From Myxococcales bacterium (GTDB taxonomy: Bacteria > Myxococcota_A > UBA9042 > JABWCM01 > BTVJ01), in NCBI GenBank assembly GCA_045863395.1, contig BTVJ01000106.1, forward strand, positions 1-23,495: a DNA stretch of 23,495 nucleotides, given 5' to 3'. A program made the translations under genes and the position numbers. Position 1 is the stretch's first letter. Every line of letters begins with the position of its first letter. This document shows positions 1-8,275 of this stretch, in pieces. The notes beneath the pieces are model-generated. The model saw only the letters and a program-made list of their open reading frames with translations, had not been told where the DNA came from and did no database searches.

Positions 1-2
1 CC

Positions 3-560
3 GGCGAAGACTGCGGCTCCTGCCCGTCGGACTGCGGCTCCTGCGAGTACTGCGGCGATGGCTCCTGCGGCGCCGGAGAGGATTGCAGCTCCTGTGCCTC
101 CGACTGCGGCACCTGCTGCGGAGACGGCATGTGCGACGGCGCGGCGGGCGAGGAGTGCGGGACCTGCCCCGAGGACTGCGGGTCCTGCGAGACCTGCGGC
201 GACGGGATGTGCAGCGCCTTCGAGGACTGCGGCTCCTGCCCCTCGGACTGCGGATACTGCGAGTACTGCGGCGACGGCACCTGCTCCAGCTCCGAGGGCT
301 GCGACGTCTGCCCGGAGGACTGCGGATACTGCGAGTACTGCGGCGATGGGAGCTGCTCGGACGGCGAGAGCTGCAGCACCTGCCCGGACGACTGCGGCTA
401 CTGTGAGTACTGCGGGGATGGTACGTGCGGGACTGGCGAAGACTGCATGAGCTGCTCGGCAGACTGCGGTTCGTGCGAGACCTGCGGTGACGGCTACTGC
501 GACGAGCCCGGCGGAGAGACGTGCGAGAGCTGCGAGTCCGACTGCGGGCCGTGCGACTGC
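3..560 (+). repeat. Intragenic tandem repeat, ~72-nt (24-aa) period
   Basis: The exact 30-mer GGACTGCGGATACTGCGAGTACTGCGGCGA occurs at 245-274 and 317-346, with degenerate copies on both sides. Confidence 0.85.
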
Positions 561-1280
561 ACCGACGCCCCTGACTTCGACGTGGCGACCAGCGCGTCCA
601 TCGACTTCGAGACCAAGTCGCCGAACATCCTGGGCACCTACGCCAAGATGACCATCGGCGGGTCCCTGTCAGCGGGCGCATCTGCGGGAGACGGAGAGTG
701 CAAGGCGTCCATCGAGGCGGGCGGCAGCGTCACGGCGTGCGCCTCCGTGCTGTACCAGGAGACCTGCATCGGTGGCGCGGTCTCCGGCGGGGGCTCGTGC
801 ACCGCGCCGTTGACCTGCGAGGCTCCACCCAAGTACACCTGCGACACGGACCAGGTGTGCTGCAACGGGAACGCCACCGCCTCCCTCTCCGTCGGCCGGA
901 GCTGGAACCCCACGCGGTCCTTCGGACCCTTCGAGTGCGGCCTCACAATCGGCGGCGCCGTGGCCGGCTCGGTCACCGGCAGCGCCGAGTTCGGTCCGGG
1001 GTGCGAGTGCAAGGAGACCAAGCTGTCTCTGACCCCCAAGGTCACGCTGTCTGCAAACGGCGGCGCGAGCTGTGGCTTCACCCTCTGGAGCCGGTCTTGG
1101 GAGGTCGGAGGCAACGCAACGGCCTGCGCCAGCGGTGGCGTCACGGGGTCCATGGGGTGCGGCATGACCGCCCGCCCCGTCGGCGGCGCCGGCTTCACCA
1201 TCAACATCCCGTCCATCAAGATCGGCTGGTTCACCTTTGGCGGCTTCTCGCGGACCTACAGCGTGGGAGATGGGTGCTGA
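3..1280 (+). CDS. 5'-truncated cysteine-rich repeat protein (CGDGxC...EDCxxCPxDCG repeats) with a C-terminal Gly/Ser/Thr/Cys-rich beta-strand domain
   Basis: The frame of the 129..1280 ORF is open from the window edge (GEDCGSCPSDCGSCEYCGDGSC...), so the true start lies upstream. ~24-aa Cys repeats run to ~nt 560, then a non-repetitive domain to TGA at 1278-1280. Confidence 0.85.
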   Translation, partial: GEDCGSCPSDCGSCEYCGDGSCGAGEDCSSCASDCGTCCGDGMCDGAAGEECGTCPEDCGSCETCGDGMCSAFEDCGSCPSDCGYCEYCGDGTCSSSEGCDVCPEDCGYCEYCGDGSCSDGESCSTCPDDCGYCEYCGDGTCGTGEDCMSCSADCGSCETCGDGYCDEPGGETCESCESDCGPCDCTDAPDFDVATSASIDFETKSPNILGTYAKMTIGGSLSAGASAGDGECKASIEAGGSVTACASVLYQETCIGGAVSGGGSCTAPLTCEAPPKYTCDTDQVCCNGNATASLSVGRSWNPTRSFGPFECGLTIGGAVAGSVTGSAEFGPGCECKETKLSLTPKVTLSANGGASCGFTLWSRSWEVGGNATACASGGVTGSMGCGMTARPVGGAGFTINIPSIKIGWFTFGGFSRTYSVGDGC

Positions 1281-1281
1281 C

Positions 1282-2079
1282 ATGAAAATCCGCATTGCCT
1301 GGGCCTTTGCCCTGACCCTCGGCGCCTGCCAGGCGCCCGGCGACCCCTCGAACCTGGCGGCCGACGCCGCAGAGACGCCCGCTCCCACGGACCGGGTGGG
1401 GCTGACGGATCGGATGGACCTGGCGAAGCCGGCTGATCCCATGGACCTGCTGGATCCGGCTGACTCCGTGACTCCGGCGAGCCTGGCGAACCTGCTGGCC
1501 CCGGCGACCCCGGCCCGTGTCCCCGCGGACCCCGAGGGCTACGCCAGCGAGGGAGGCTACGCCCTCGACCGCAAGGGCGCGGTCCACAGCCTGGCCGTGC
1601 ACGGGAGCCGGGACGTGATCGACGGCGTCCTGGCCGACGCGGATGGGCGCCGCTCCCTGGAGTGGCGGACGGCGGACGGCGACACCCTCCCCGTTGCGCC
1701 CCCGGCCTGGAACCTGCCCGCCGTGGCAGCCGTGAACGCCAGCGGAGAGGGGCTGGTCTGCTGGAACCGCCTCACGGGCCGGGGCGACGGTATGCCGCAC
1801 CCCACCGAGGGCGTCGCCCTCCTGTGCCGGACCCGCTCGGGCGACACCCTGGGACCGGAGGTCGCGCTGCCGTCCAGCTCCGCAACCGCCTGGCTCCAGG
1901 CGGTCGTGGCGCGCCCCGACGGGTCCTTCCGCGTGCTGGCGTGGCACGACGACGGCTGGCTCGGCGGCCCGGTCCGCGAGGGCCACGGCCGGTGGGAGCA
2001 CGTCGTCCGCGATGGCGCCCTCGACTCGCCGCGCCTGATCGCCGCCGCCATGGAGGGCGGGCCGGTCGCCCCCCGCTGA
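1282..2079 (+). CDS. Hypothetical lipoprotein
   Basis: ATG lies 1 nt after the upstream stop, with GGGAGA upstream. N-terminus MKIRIAWAFALTLGA-C is a signal peptide II with lipobox, followed by a Pro/Asp/Ala linker and a globular region. Confidence 0.8.
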   Translation: MKIRIAWAFALTLGACQAPGDPSNLAADAAETPAPTDRVGLTDRMDLAKPADPMDLLDPADSVTPASLANLLAPATPARVPADPEGYASEGGYALDRKGAVHSLAVHGSRDVIDGVLADADGRRSLEWRTADGDTLPVAPPAWNLPAVAAVNASGEGLVCWNRLTGRGDGMPHPTEGVALLCRTRSGDTLGPEVALPSSSATAWLQAVVARPDGSFRVLAWHDDGWLGGPVREGHGRWEHVVRDGALDSPRLIAAAMEGGPVAPR

Positions 2080-2110
2080 CCTCCCTCGAGCGCCCCTCCT
2101 CCTTGGCCCC

Positions 2111-2139
2111 TTGCGCTCCGCGCCCCGACGGGCGATGCT
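2111..2139 (+). promoter_or_regulatory. Putative sigma70-type promoter for the GMC gene pair
   Basis: TTGCGC-N17-GATGCT upstream of an AGGAGG RBS. A similar element precedes the acylase gene. Confidence 0.3.
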
Positions 2140-2161
2140 CCGCCATAGCCCAGGAGGGGCC

Positions 2162-2566
2162 ATGCGGCTGACACGCCCCGAGATGCGCTGGATGCTCGCC
2201 GTCTTCGACGCAATCCTGCCCCCTGGCGAGCTGCCGGGCGCCAGGGACCTCCCCCTCGACCGCTTCCTGGACGCCGTCCTCCAGCGCGCCCCGCTCCAGT
2301 TCGCGCTGGGCCTGCGGGCCGCCCTGTGGATGGTCCTCCTCTGCCCTCTGGTGGTCATCGGGCGCCCCCGGACCTTCCTGGGGCTCTCCGTCGAGGACCG
2401 CGAGCGGGTCCTCACGCGCCTCGGCCAGAGCCGCCTCTACCCGGTCCGCGAGCTCCCGAACCTGCTCAAGATGGTCGCCTGCCTCGGCTGGGGCAGCCAC
2501 CCGGAGGTGCGCCGGCGCATCGGGCTCGCCGCCGCCTCCGACCGGCCGCCGGCGTGGGTGCCGTGA
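2162..2566 (+). CDS. Small helical partner of the GMC oxidoreductase (gluconate 2-dehydrogenase subunit 3-like)
   Basis: AGGAGG RBS before ATG 2162. Motifs FDAILPPGELPGA...LDRFL, F.GLS.EDRERVL and LGWGSHPEVRRRIG are typical of this family. GTGA overlap with the GMC gene. Confidence 0.7.
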   Translation: MRLTRPEMRWMLAVFDAILPPGELPGARDLPLDRFLDAVLQRAPLQFALGLRAALWMVLLCPLVVIGRPRTFLGLSVEDRERVLTRLGQSRLYPVRELPNLLKMVACLGWGSHPEVRRRIGLAAASDRPPAWVP

Positions 2567-4074
2567 GCGGCGCAATCATCCAGCGCGGTGACGTGACGGC
2601 GCCCGTGGAGGACGCGGCCGACGTGGTCATCGTCGGCACCGGGGCCGCCGGCGCGACCGCCGCCCGCGTCCTGACGGCCGCTGGCCTCGATGTGATCCTG
2701 GTCGAGGAGGGCCCCCGCGTCCCCACCACCGCCCTGCGCCCCGACGTGTGGAGCGGCTTCTCCACCATCTGGCGGGACATGGGCGCCCAGACCGCCCGGG
2801 GCCGCTCCTTCATCCCGGTGCTGCAGGGGGTGTGCGTCGGCGGCACGACGGCGATCAACGGCGCCATCATCCACCGCACGCCCGAGCCCATCCTCGCCGA
2901 GTGGCGCCGAGAGCACGGCGCGACCCTGGATCCCTCCGACCTCGGGCGCATCTGGGACACCCTGGAGACCGAGCTGTCCATCGCGCCCACCCCAGAAGAT
3001 GCATTGGGCCGCAACAACACCCTCATGCGCGCCGGCGCCGAAGCGCTCGGCATCCGGGGCAACGTCATCCAGCGCAACGTGGACGGCTGCCGCGCCTCGT
3101 CGCGGTGCCTCCAGGGGTGCCCCACGGACCGGCGCCAGTCCATGAACGTGACGTACATCCCGCGGGCCGTCGCCGCGGGCGCCCGGGTGTACGCGACGTG
3201 CCGCGCCGAGCGGGTCACCACCCGCGGCGGGCGCGCGGCGGGAGTCGAGGCCCGGTTCCGCGACCCGATCACGGGCACCACCGGCCCTACGGCGCGCCTC
3301 CACGCCCGCCGCGCGGTCATCGTGGCGGCGAGCGCCATCCAGACGCCGCTGCTCCTCGCCAAGAGCGGCGTCGGTGGCCGCTCCGGGCAGCTCGGGCGGA
3401 GACTCCAGGCCCACCCAGGCACGGCCGTCGTCGGGGTGTTCGACGAGCCCGTGCGCATCTGGGAGGGCGCCACCCAGGGCTGGGAGTCCCTCCAGTTCTG
3501 GGACGAGCGCATGAAGTTCGAGTCCGTGGCGCTGCCCCTGGAGCTGGGCGCCGTGCGCCTCCCCGGCATCGGGGCTCCGCTCATGCGGGACCTCGCCCGC
3601 TACGGGCACGTCGCCCAGTGGGGGGTCCAGGTGCGCGCCCGCGCCCACGGCCGGGTCCGGCGGTCCCTGCTCGGCACGTCGATCACCTACGACCTGACGA
3701 ACGACGACGTGCGCACGCTGAAGACCGGCGTGGTCCGCCTGACGGAGATGGCCTTCGCCGCCGGCGCCCGCGAGGTGCTGCCTGGGGTGGCGGGGCTCCC
3801 CGAGCGTATCTCGTCGCCCGATGCCATCCGGCGCATCACCGACCTCCCCGACGACCCGCGGCTGTTCCACTGCATCGCCGCGCACCTGTTCGGTACCGCC
3901 GTCATGGGGCCCGACCCGGCGACCAGCGTGGTCTCACCCGACGGACAGGTCCACGACCTGCCGGGCCTGTGGGTGGCGGACTCGTCGCCCTTCCCAACGA
4001 ACCTCGGCGTGAACCCCCAGCACACCATCTGCGCCTTCGCGTGGACGGTCGCAGAGCGCGTCGCAGCGGGGTGA
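2563..4074 (+). CDS. GMC family FAD-dependent oxidoreductase
   Basis: FAD-binding DVVIVGTGAAGA...ILVEEG, GVCVGGTTAINGA, CxxxxxCxxGCP, C-terminal AHLFGTAVMG and VADSSPFPTNLGVNPQHTI. GTG start overlaps the upstream stop. Confidence 0.93.
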   Translation: MSGAIIQRGDVTAPVEDAADVVIVGTGAAGATAARVLTAAGLDVILVEEGPRVPTTALRPDVWSGFSTIWRDMGAQTARGRSFIPVLQGVCVGGTTAINGAIIHRTPEPILAEWRREHGATLDPSDLGRIWDTLETELSIAPTPEDALGRNNTLMRAGAEALGIRGNVIQRNVDGCRASSRCLQGCPTDRRQSMNVTYIPRAVAAGARVYATCRAERVTTRGGRAAGVEARFRDPITGTTGPTARLHARRAVIVAASAIQTPLLLAKSGVGGRSGQLGRRLQAHPGTAVVGVFDEPVRIWEGATQGWESLQFWDERMKFESVALPLELGAVRLPGIGAPLMRDLARYGHVAQWGVQVRARAHGRVRRSLLGTSITYDLTNDDVRTLKTGVVRLTEMAFAAGAREVLPGVAGLPERISSPDAIRRITDLPDDPRLFHCIAAHLFGTAVMGPDPATSVVSPDGQVHDLPGLWVADSSPFPTNLGVNPQHTICAFAWTVAERVAAG

Positions 4075-4098
4075 CGCCAGAACGCCGGAGCCGTCGGG

Positions 4099-4128
4099 TT
4101 GACGGCCCCCCTGGACCGGAGCGATGCT
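4099..4128 (+). promoter_or_regulatory. Putative sigma70-type promoter for the acylase gene
   Basis: TTGACG-N18-GATGCT upstream of a GGAGG RBS and ATG 4153. Confidence 0.3.
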
Positions 4129-4152
4129 CGGCCCAACCTTTGGAGGCAAGAC

Positions 4153-7100
4153 ATGGTGGGACACCGACTGAAGCTCGCTGCTGCCCTGGTGGCCGCAGCC
4201 CTCGTACCCGCGTGTGCCGACGACGAGCCGAGCACCCCGACCGGGGATGCGACCCAGGACGCGGGCGACGGCACCACGGACGTGCCCACCGCCGATACGG
4301 GCCACGAGGACACGGGTGCCACACCCGACGTGCCCGACACGATGGCCGACACGGCCCCTGACACGAGCGCCGACGTCCCCACCGACACGGGGACGGCCGC
4401 CGACTCCGGGACGGACACGGGCGAGCCCTTCGTGCCCACGGGCGCCTTCAAGGACCTCAAGGCCCTGCCGGTGGACGCCTTCCACGACATCCCGGGCCTC
4501 ACCGGGCGGGTGGACGTGACCATCGACGAGTGGGGCATCCCGCACATCCTCGCCGAGTCCGTCGAGGACGCCATGCGTGTCGACGGCTGGCTCGTCGCCC
4601 GGGATCGCTTCCCCCAGATGGAGATGATCCGCCGCTCCACGGGCGGGACCCTCTCCAAGCTGGGCGGCCTGCTCGACGACGGCATCATCGAGGACGACAT
4701 CTTCGCCCGGGTCATGGGCTTCCGGCGCCTGGCAGAGCAGGACTGGGCCAATCTGACGGACGGCTCGCTGGAGAAGCGGGTCCTCGACGCCTACGCGGCG
4801 GGCGTCAACGCGTACCTGGACCGGCTCCGCGCCGGCGACGCCCAGGTGCCGCCGGAGCTGGCGGTGCTGATCAACGTGTCCACCCTGGAGGACTGGAGCC
4901 CCGTCGACAGCCTCGTGCTCGCCCGCTACCAGATCTGGCGCCTGTCCTTCGACGCCGAGTCCGAGGTCGGCTACACGAAGCGCCGCGTGGGCGCCGACGC
5001 AGTGTACCGGGCAGACTCCGACGATCCGAAGCTCGCCGCCCGGGCGGGCATCCTCGCGGACCTGGGGGGCTGGGCGCCCGCGGACCCGGCGATCCAGTAC
5101 CCGGGCTTCCCGCCCCCCGATCTGTCGCCGAATCCCCTGCCGCCGGGCGCGGCTCCCGTAGCCCCGGGCGCAGCCCTCTGGACCGCCCCGGCCCCCGAGG
5201 TGCTCGATCTGGCGCAGGACTTCCTCCGCGGCTTCAAGAGCCCCTGGAACCCGCTGTCCGGGGCCGCGAAGGGCGCGAGCAACTCGTGGATCGTCTCTGC
5301 GTCCAAGTCCGCGACTGGCAACGCCCTGCTGGCCAACGACCCCCACCTGGACAACGACAGCCCTGCGCTGTTCTACCAGGCGCACATCGTGGTCGAGCCG
5401 CGCGATGAGGCCTCGGGGCCTCCCTTGGACTTCGTCGGCGCAGGCTTCCCCGGTCTGCCCGGCGTGCTGATCGGCCACAACCAGGACGTCGCCTGGGGCC
5501 TGACCACGGCGAGCTACGACTACACGGACGCCTTCGTGGAGCAGCTCGTCTGGGGCGAGGGAGACCTGCCCAAGGTCATGCGCAATGGCGCCGAGGTGGA
5601 CCTGGAGGTCTTTGAGGAGACCATCGAGATTGGCGTCGCGGGCAACGTGACGGAGACCATCACCGTGAAGATCCCGTGGGTGCCGGGCCGCGGCCCCCTG
5701 TCGCCGGTGATCAAGGGCAAGACGCTCACCATCCCCAAGGAGGCGACGGCGATCAGCTACGGGTGGCGCGGCTTCCAGCCGAGCCCGGAGATCACGTTCC
5801 TGGTGCAGCTCCTGAGCGCCAAGGATCTGGCCGACGTGCAGGAGGCCCTGGAGTCGTGGGTGCTCGGGTCGCAGAACCTGGTGTTCGCCTTCCGCGACGG
5901 CACCATCTTCTCGTCGGGGCAGTCGTACATCCCCGAGCGCCCCGCGGCGGCGAAGACCTGGGACCCGGACACCAACCCGGGCGGCTGGGCGCCCTGGTGG
6001 ACCCTGGACGGCACGGGGCAGCATGACTGGGTTGGCGCCATCGACCGGAGCCGCGTCCCTCACGCGGTCGATCCCCCGGCCGGCTACGTGGTGGCGGCCA
6101 ACAACGACCAGGTCGGCGTGACCCTGGACGGCGATCCGCTGAACGACTACGACTACATCGGCTACGACTACGACGTCGGCTTCCGCGCCGGGCGCATCGA
6201 GCGCATGCTGAAGGAGCGCCTGGATCAAGGGCCACTGACGCTCCAGGACATGAGCGACATCCAGCTCGACGTGCGCAGCAACCAGGGGGAGCGGCTGACC
6301 CCCTTCCTGCTGGCCGCCGCCGACGCCTTGCTGGCGGAGTACGACGCCCCTGGCACCCACCCGGGTCTGACCGCCCTCGCAGAGGCGCACCCAGGCGCAA
6401 AGGACCGCGTCGCCGAGCTGCGGAGCCTCCTGGCGGGCTGGGACTTCACCGCCGAGGACGGCGTCTGGGGCACCCCGACGGAGGCCCAGAAGCTCGCCGC
6501 GACCCAGACGAGCCTGTTCAACGCGTGGACCGTCGCGCTGCTGGCGCGGGCCTTCAACGACGAGCGCAACGCGGCCCCGGGCTTCGGCTTCCGGGAGCAG
6601 CAGGCAGTCTCAGCGGCCATCCGCCTGTTGGAGAGCCCCGGCGACGCCCGCACCCTCGACCCGCAGACCGGCGAGAGCGCGCTGTGGGACGACCTGACCA
6701 CCGAGGAGACAGAGACCTCCACGGCGATCCTCGCCGCCGCCCTCTTCGAGGCGGACGCCAAGCTCACCGAGCTGTTCGGTGGCGCAGACACGACGACCTG
6801 GCTCTGGGGCAAGCTCCACACCAAGAGCTTCGAGAGCATCATCCCGAGCCTCGCGGGCGGCGTCAGCCCCTTCGACTGGCCCCAGCCGGGACAGGGCTGG
6901 GACAGCGGCTACCCGCGCCGCGGAGACAGCTTCAACGTCAACGTCTGCCACGGCGGCTACGGAGACTACGACTTCAAGTGCGGCAGCGGCCCCATCATGC
7001 GCTTCATCGCCGAGATGACCCCCGAGGGGCCCGTGTCCTGGAACACCATCCCCGGCGGCCAGGTGTGGGACACCAAGAGCAAGCACTTCACGGACCTGCT

Positions 7101-7194
7101 CCAGCTCTGGCTGGACTCGGAGCGCCACCCGTTCCTGACGCGCCCCGCCGACGTGGCCACCTCCGTCGAGACCCACCTGGCGTTCACTCCGTAG
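4153..7194 (+). CDS. Penicillin acylase family (peptidase S45, Ntn-hydrolase) lipoprotein
   Basis: DEWGIPHILA and ARDRFPQMEM motifs, catalytic GA/SNSWIVS (Ser codon 5278-5280), LLANDPHL, PGLPGVLIGHNQDVAWGLT, ANND and IPGGQ. Lipobox LVPA-C followed by an Asp/Thr/Pro linker. GGAGG RBS. Confidence 0.93.
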   Translation: MVGHRLKLAAALVAAALVPACADDEPSTPTGDATQDAGDGTTDVPTADTGHEDTGATPDVPDTMADTAPDTSADVPTDTGTAADSGTDTGEPFVPTGAFKDLKALPVDAFHDIPGLTGRVDVTIDEWGIPHILAESVEDAMRVDGWLVARDRFPQMEMIRRSTGGTLSKLGGLLDDGIIEDDIFARVMGFRRLAEQDWANLTDGSLEKRVLDAYAAGVNAYLDRLRAGDAQVPPELAVLINVSTLEDWSPVDSLVLARYQIWRLSFDAESEVGYTKRRVGADAVYRADSDDPKLAARAGILADLGGWAPADPAIQYPGFPPPDLSPNPLPPGAAPVAPGAALWTAPAPEVLDLAQDFLRGFKSPWNPLSGAAKGASNSWIVSASKSATGNALLANDPHLDNDSPALFYQAHIVVEPRDEASGPPLDFVGAGFPGLPGVLIGHNQDVAWGLTTASYDYTDAFVEQLVWGEGDLPKVMRNGAEVDLEVFEETIEIGVAGNVTETITVKIPWVPGRGPLSPVIKGKTLTIPKEATAISYGWRGFQPSPEITFLVQLLSAKDLADVQEALESWVLGSQNLVFAFRDGTIFSSGQSYIPERPAAAKTWDPDTNPGGWAPWWTLDGTGQHDWVGAIDRSRVPHAVDPPAGYVVAANNDQVGVTLDGDPLNDYDYIGYDYDVGFRAGRIERMLKERLDQGPLTLQDMSDIQLDVRSNQGERLTPFLLAAADALLAEYDAPGTHPGLTALAEAHPGAKDRVAELRSLLAGWDFTAEDGVWGTPTEAQKLAATQTSLFNAWTVALLARAFNDERNAAPGFGFREQQAVSAAIRLLESPGDARTLDPQTGESALWDDLTTEETETSTAILAAALFEADAKLTELFGGADTTTWLWGKLHTKSFESIIPSLAGGVSPFDWPQPGQGWDSGYPRRGDSFNVNVCHGGYGDYDFKCGSGPIMRFIAEMTPEGPVSWNTIPGGQVWDTKSKHFTDLLQLWLDSERHPFLTRPADVATSVETHLAFTP

Positions 7195-7204
7195 GGGGCC
7201 TCGG

Positions 7205-8167
7205 GTGCAGCGCCGCGACATCCCGGGCACGGACCTGTCACTCTCCGTCGTAGGCTTTGGTTGCTGGGCTATCGGTGGACTGTGGTGGGGAAACGACGTC
7301 ACGGACGGAGACTCCGCCGGGGCCATCGAGGCCGCGCTGGAGGCGGGGATCAACTGGTTCGACACGGCGCCGGTGTATGGCCACGGCCACGCGGACGAGG
7401 TCCTCGTCCAGGCGCTCGGGTCCCGGCGCCACGACGTCATCATCGCGACCAAGGTGGGGGTGCGGTGGGACAACCCCCAGGTCCACGCACAGAGCGACCT
7501 GTCGCCCGCGCACGTCCGCGCCGACACGGAGGCCAGCCTGCGGCGCCTGGGGCTCGACACGATCCCGCTCCTGCAGGTCCACTGGCCCTGCGAGCGGGGG
7601 ACGCCTCTGGAAGCCACTCTGGCGGAGCTGGTCCGCCTGCGCGACGAGGGGAAGATTCGGCACATCGGGCTCTGCAACTACGGCGCCGCCGAGCTGCGCC
7701 GTGCCCTCGACCTCGCCCCCATCGCCACCCTCCAGACCGCCTACTCACTGCTGCGTCGCGAGATTGAGGGGGACGTGCTGCCCGTCGCCCGGGGGGAGGG
7801 ATCTCCCCGTCCCATCGGAGTGCTCGCCTACGAGCCCCTGGCGCGGGGGCTGCTCACGGGCAAGTTTCGCGCGATCCCGAGGTTCCCGAAGTCCGATCTG
7901 CGGGCCCGCGACGAGCGCTTCCGGGGAGCACGCTTCCTGCGCGCCCTCGACCTGGTGATGCGCCTCGACCCCGTCGCCAAGCGGCTCGACGTGCCCCTGT
8001 CGGCCCTCGCGGTGGCCTGGGTCTGCCGCCAGCCCGGCGTCACCGCGGCCATCGTGGGCGCCAAGCGAGCCAGCCAGATTCGGGAGAGCGCCGCGGCGGC
8101 CGCCCTGCTCGACCATCCCACCCTCTGGCCCGTGGTGGACAAGCGCATCGCCGGTTGGGGCGGCTGA
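7205..8167 (+). CDS. Aldo/keto reductase
   Basis: LSVVGFGCWAIGG, GINWFDTAPVYG, IATKVG, SLRRLGLDTI.LLQVHWP, GKIRHIGLCN, YEPLARGLLTGK and AIVGAK motifs. Confidence 0.95.
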   Translation: MQRRDIPGTDLSLSVVGFGCWAIGGLWWGNDVTDGDSAGAIEAALEAGINWFDTAPVYGHGHADEVLVQALGSRRHDVIIATKVGVRWDNPQVHAQSDLSPAHVRADTEASLRRLGLDTIPLLQVHWPCERGTPLEATLAELVRLRDEGKIRHIGLCNYGAAELRRALDLAPIATLQTAYSLLRREIEGDVLPVARGEGSPRPIGVLAYEPLARGLLTGKFRAIPRFPKSDLRARDERFRGARFLRALDLVMRLDPVAKRLDVPLSALAVAWVCRQPGVTAAIVGAKRASQIRESAAAAALLDHPTLWPVVDKRIAGWGG

Positions 8168-8181
8168 TCCTCCCCCACGCG

Positions 8182-8192
8182 AGTTTACATAA
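8182..8192 (-). other. Isolated XerD-binding arm (dif half-site-like, TTATGTAAACT)
   Basis: + strand AGTTTACATAA reads TTATGTAAACT on the - strand, identical to the XerD/RipX arm of the B. subtilis-type dif site. It is intergenic and AT-rich in GC-rich DNA. No XerC arm at the 6-bp-spacer position. Confidence 0.6.
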
Positions 8193-8209
8193 TCACACGC
8201 TCCCCGCCC

Positions 8210-8238
8210 TTGCCCCGCACAGGACCCGGTGCTAGCCT
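8210..8238 (+). promoter_or_regulatory. Putative sigma70 promoter with extended -10 for the ATPase-like/TPR gene
   Basis: TTGCCC-N17-TAGCCT with TG at 8230-8231 (TGn extended -10). AGGAGG RBS at 8265-8270. Confidence 0.45.
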
Positions 8239-8275
8239 GCGCCAGCCCCGACGGACCGGGGCTCAGGAGGCGCGC

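Noticed and set aside
245..346. Exact 30-nt direct repeats with a 42-nt spacer, superficially CRISPR-like
   Set aside because: The period is a multiple of 3 inside an open reading frame, the spacers are themselves homologous, only two copies are exact, and no cas genes are present.
3..560. CxxCxxC patterns resembling ferredoxin or multiheme cytochrome motifs
   Set aside because: There are no CxxCH motifs, and the Cys pattern is part of a regular 24-aa CGDGxC repeat typical of disulfide-rich exported proteins.
3934..6390. Long antisense and alternate-frame ORFs (e.g. 3934-6390 -, 8725-11265 +, 13954-16086 -, 16138-18342 -)
   Set aside because: These are shadow ORFs expected in very GC-rich DNA. 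They overlap well-supported genes and give Arg/Pro/Gly-rich or motif-less translations.
8182..8209. Complete chromosomal dif site
   Set aside because: The XerC-arm position (GGGCGGGGAGC) lacks the conserved inner ATAA and any symmetry with the XerD arm, so it is reported only as a half-site.
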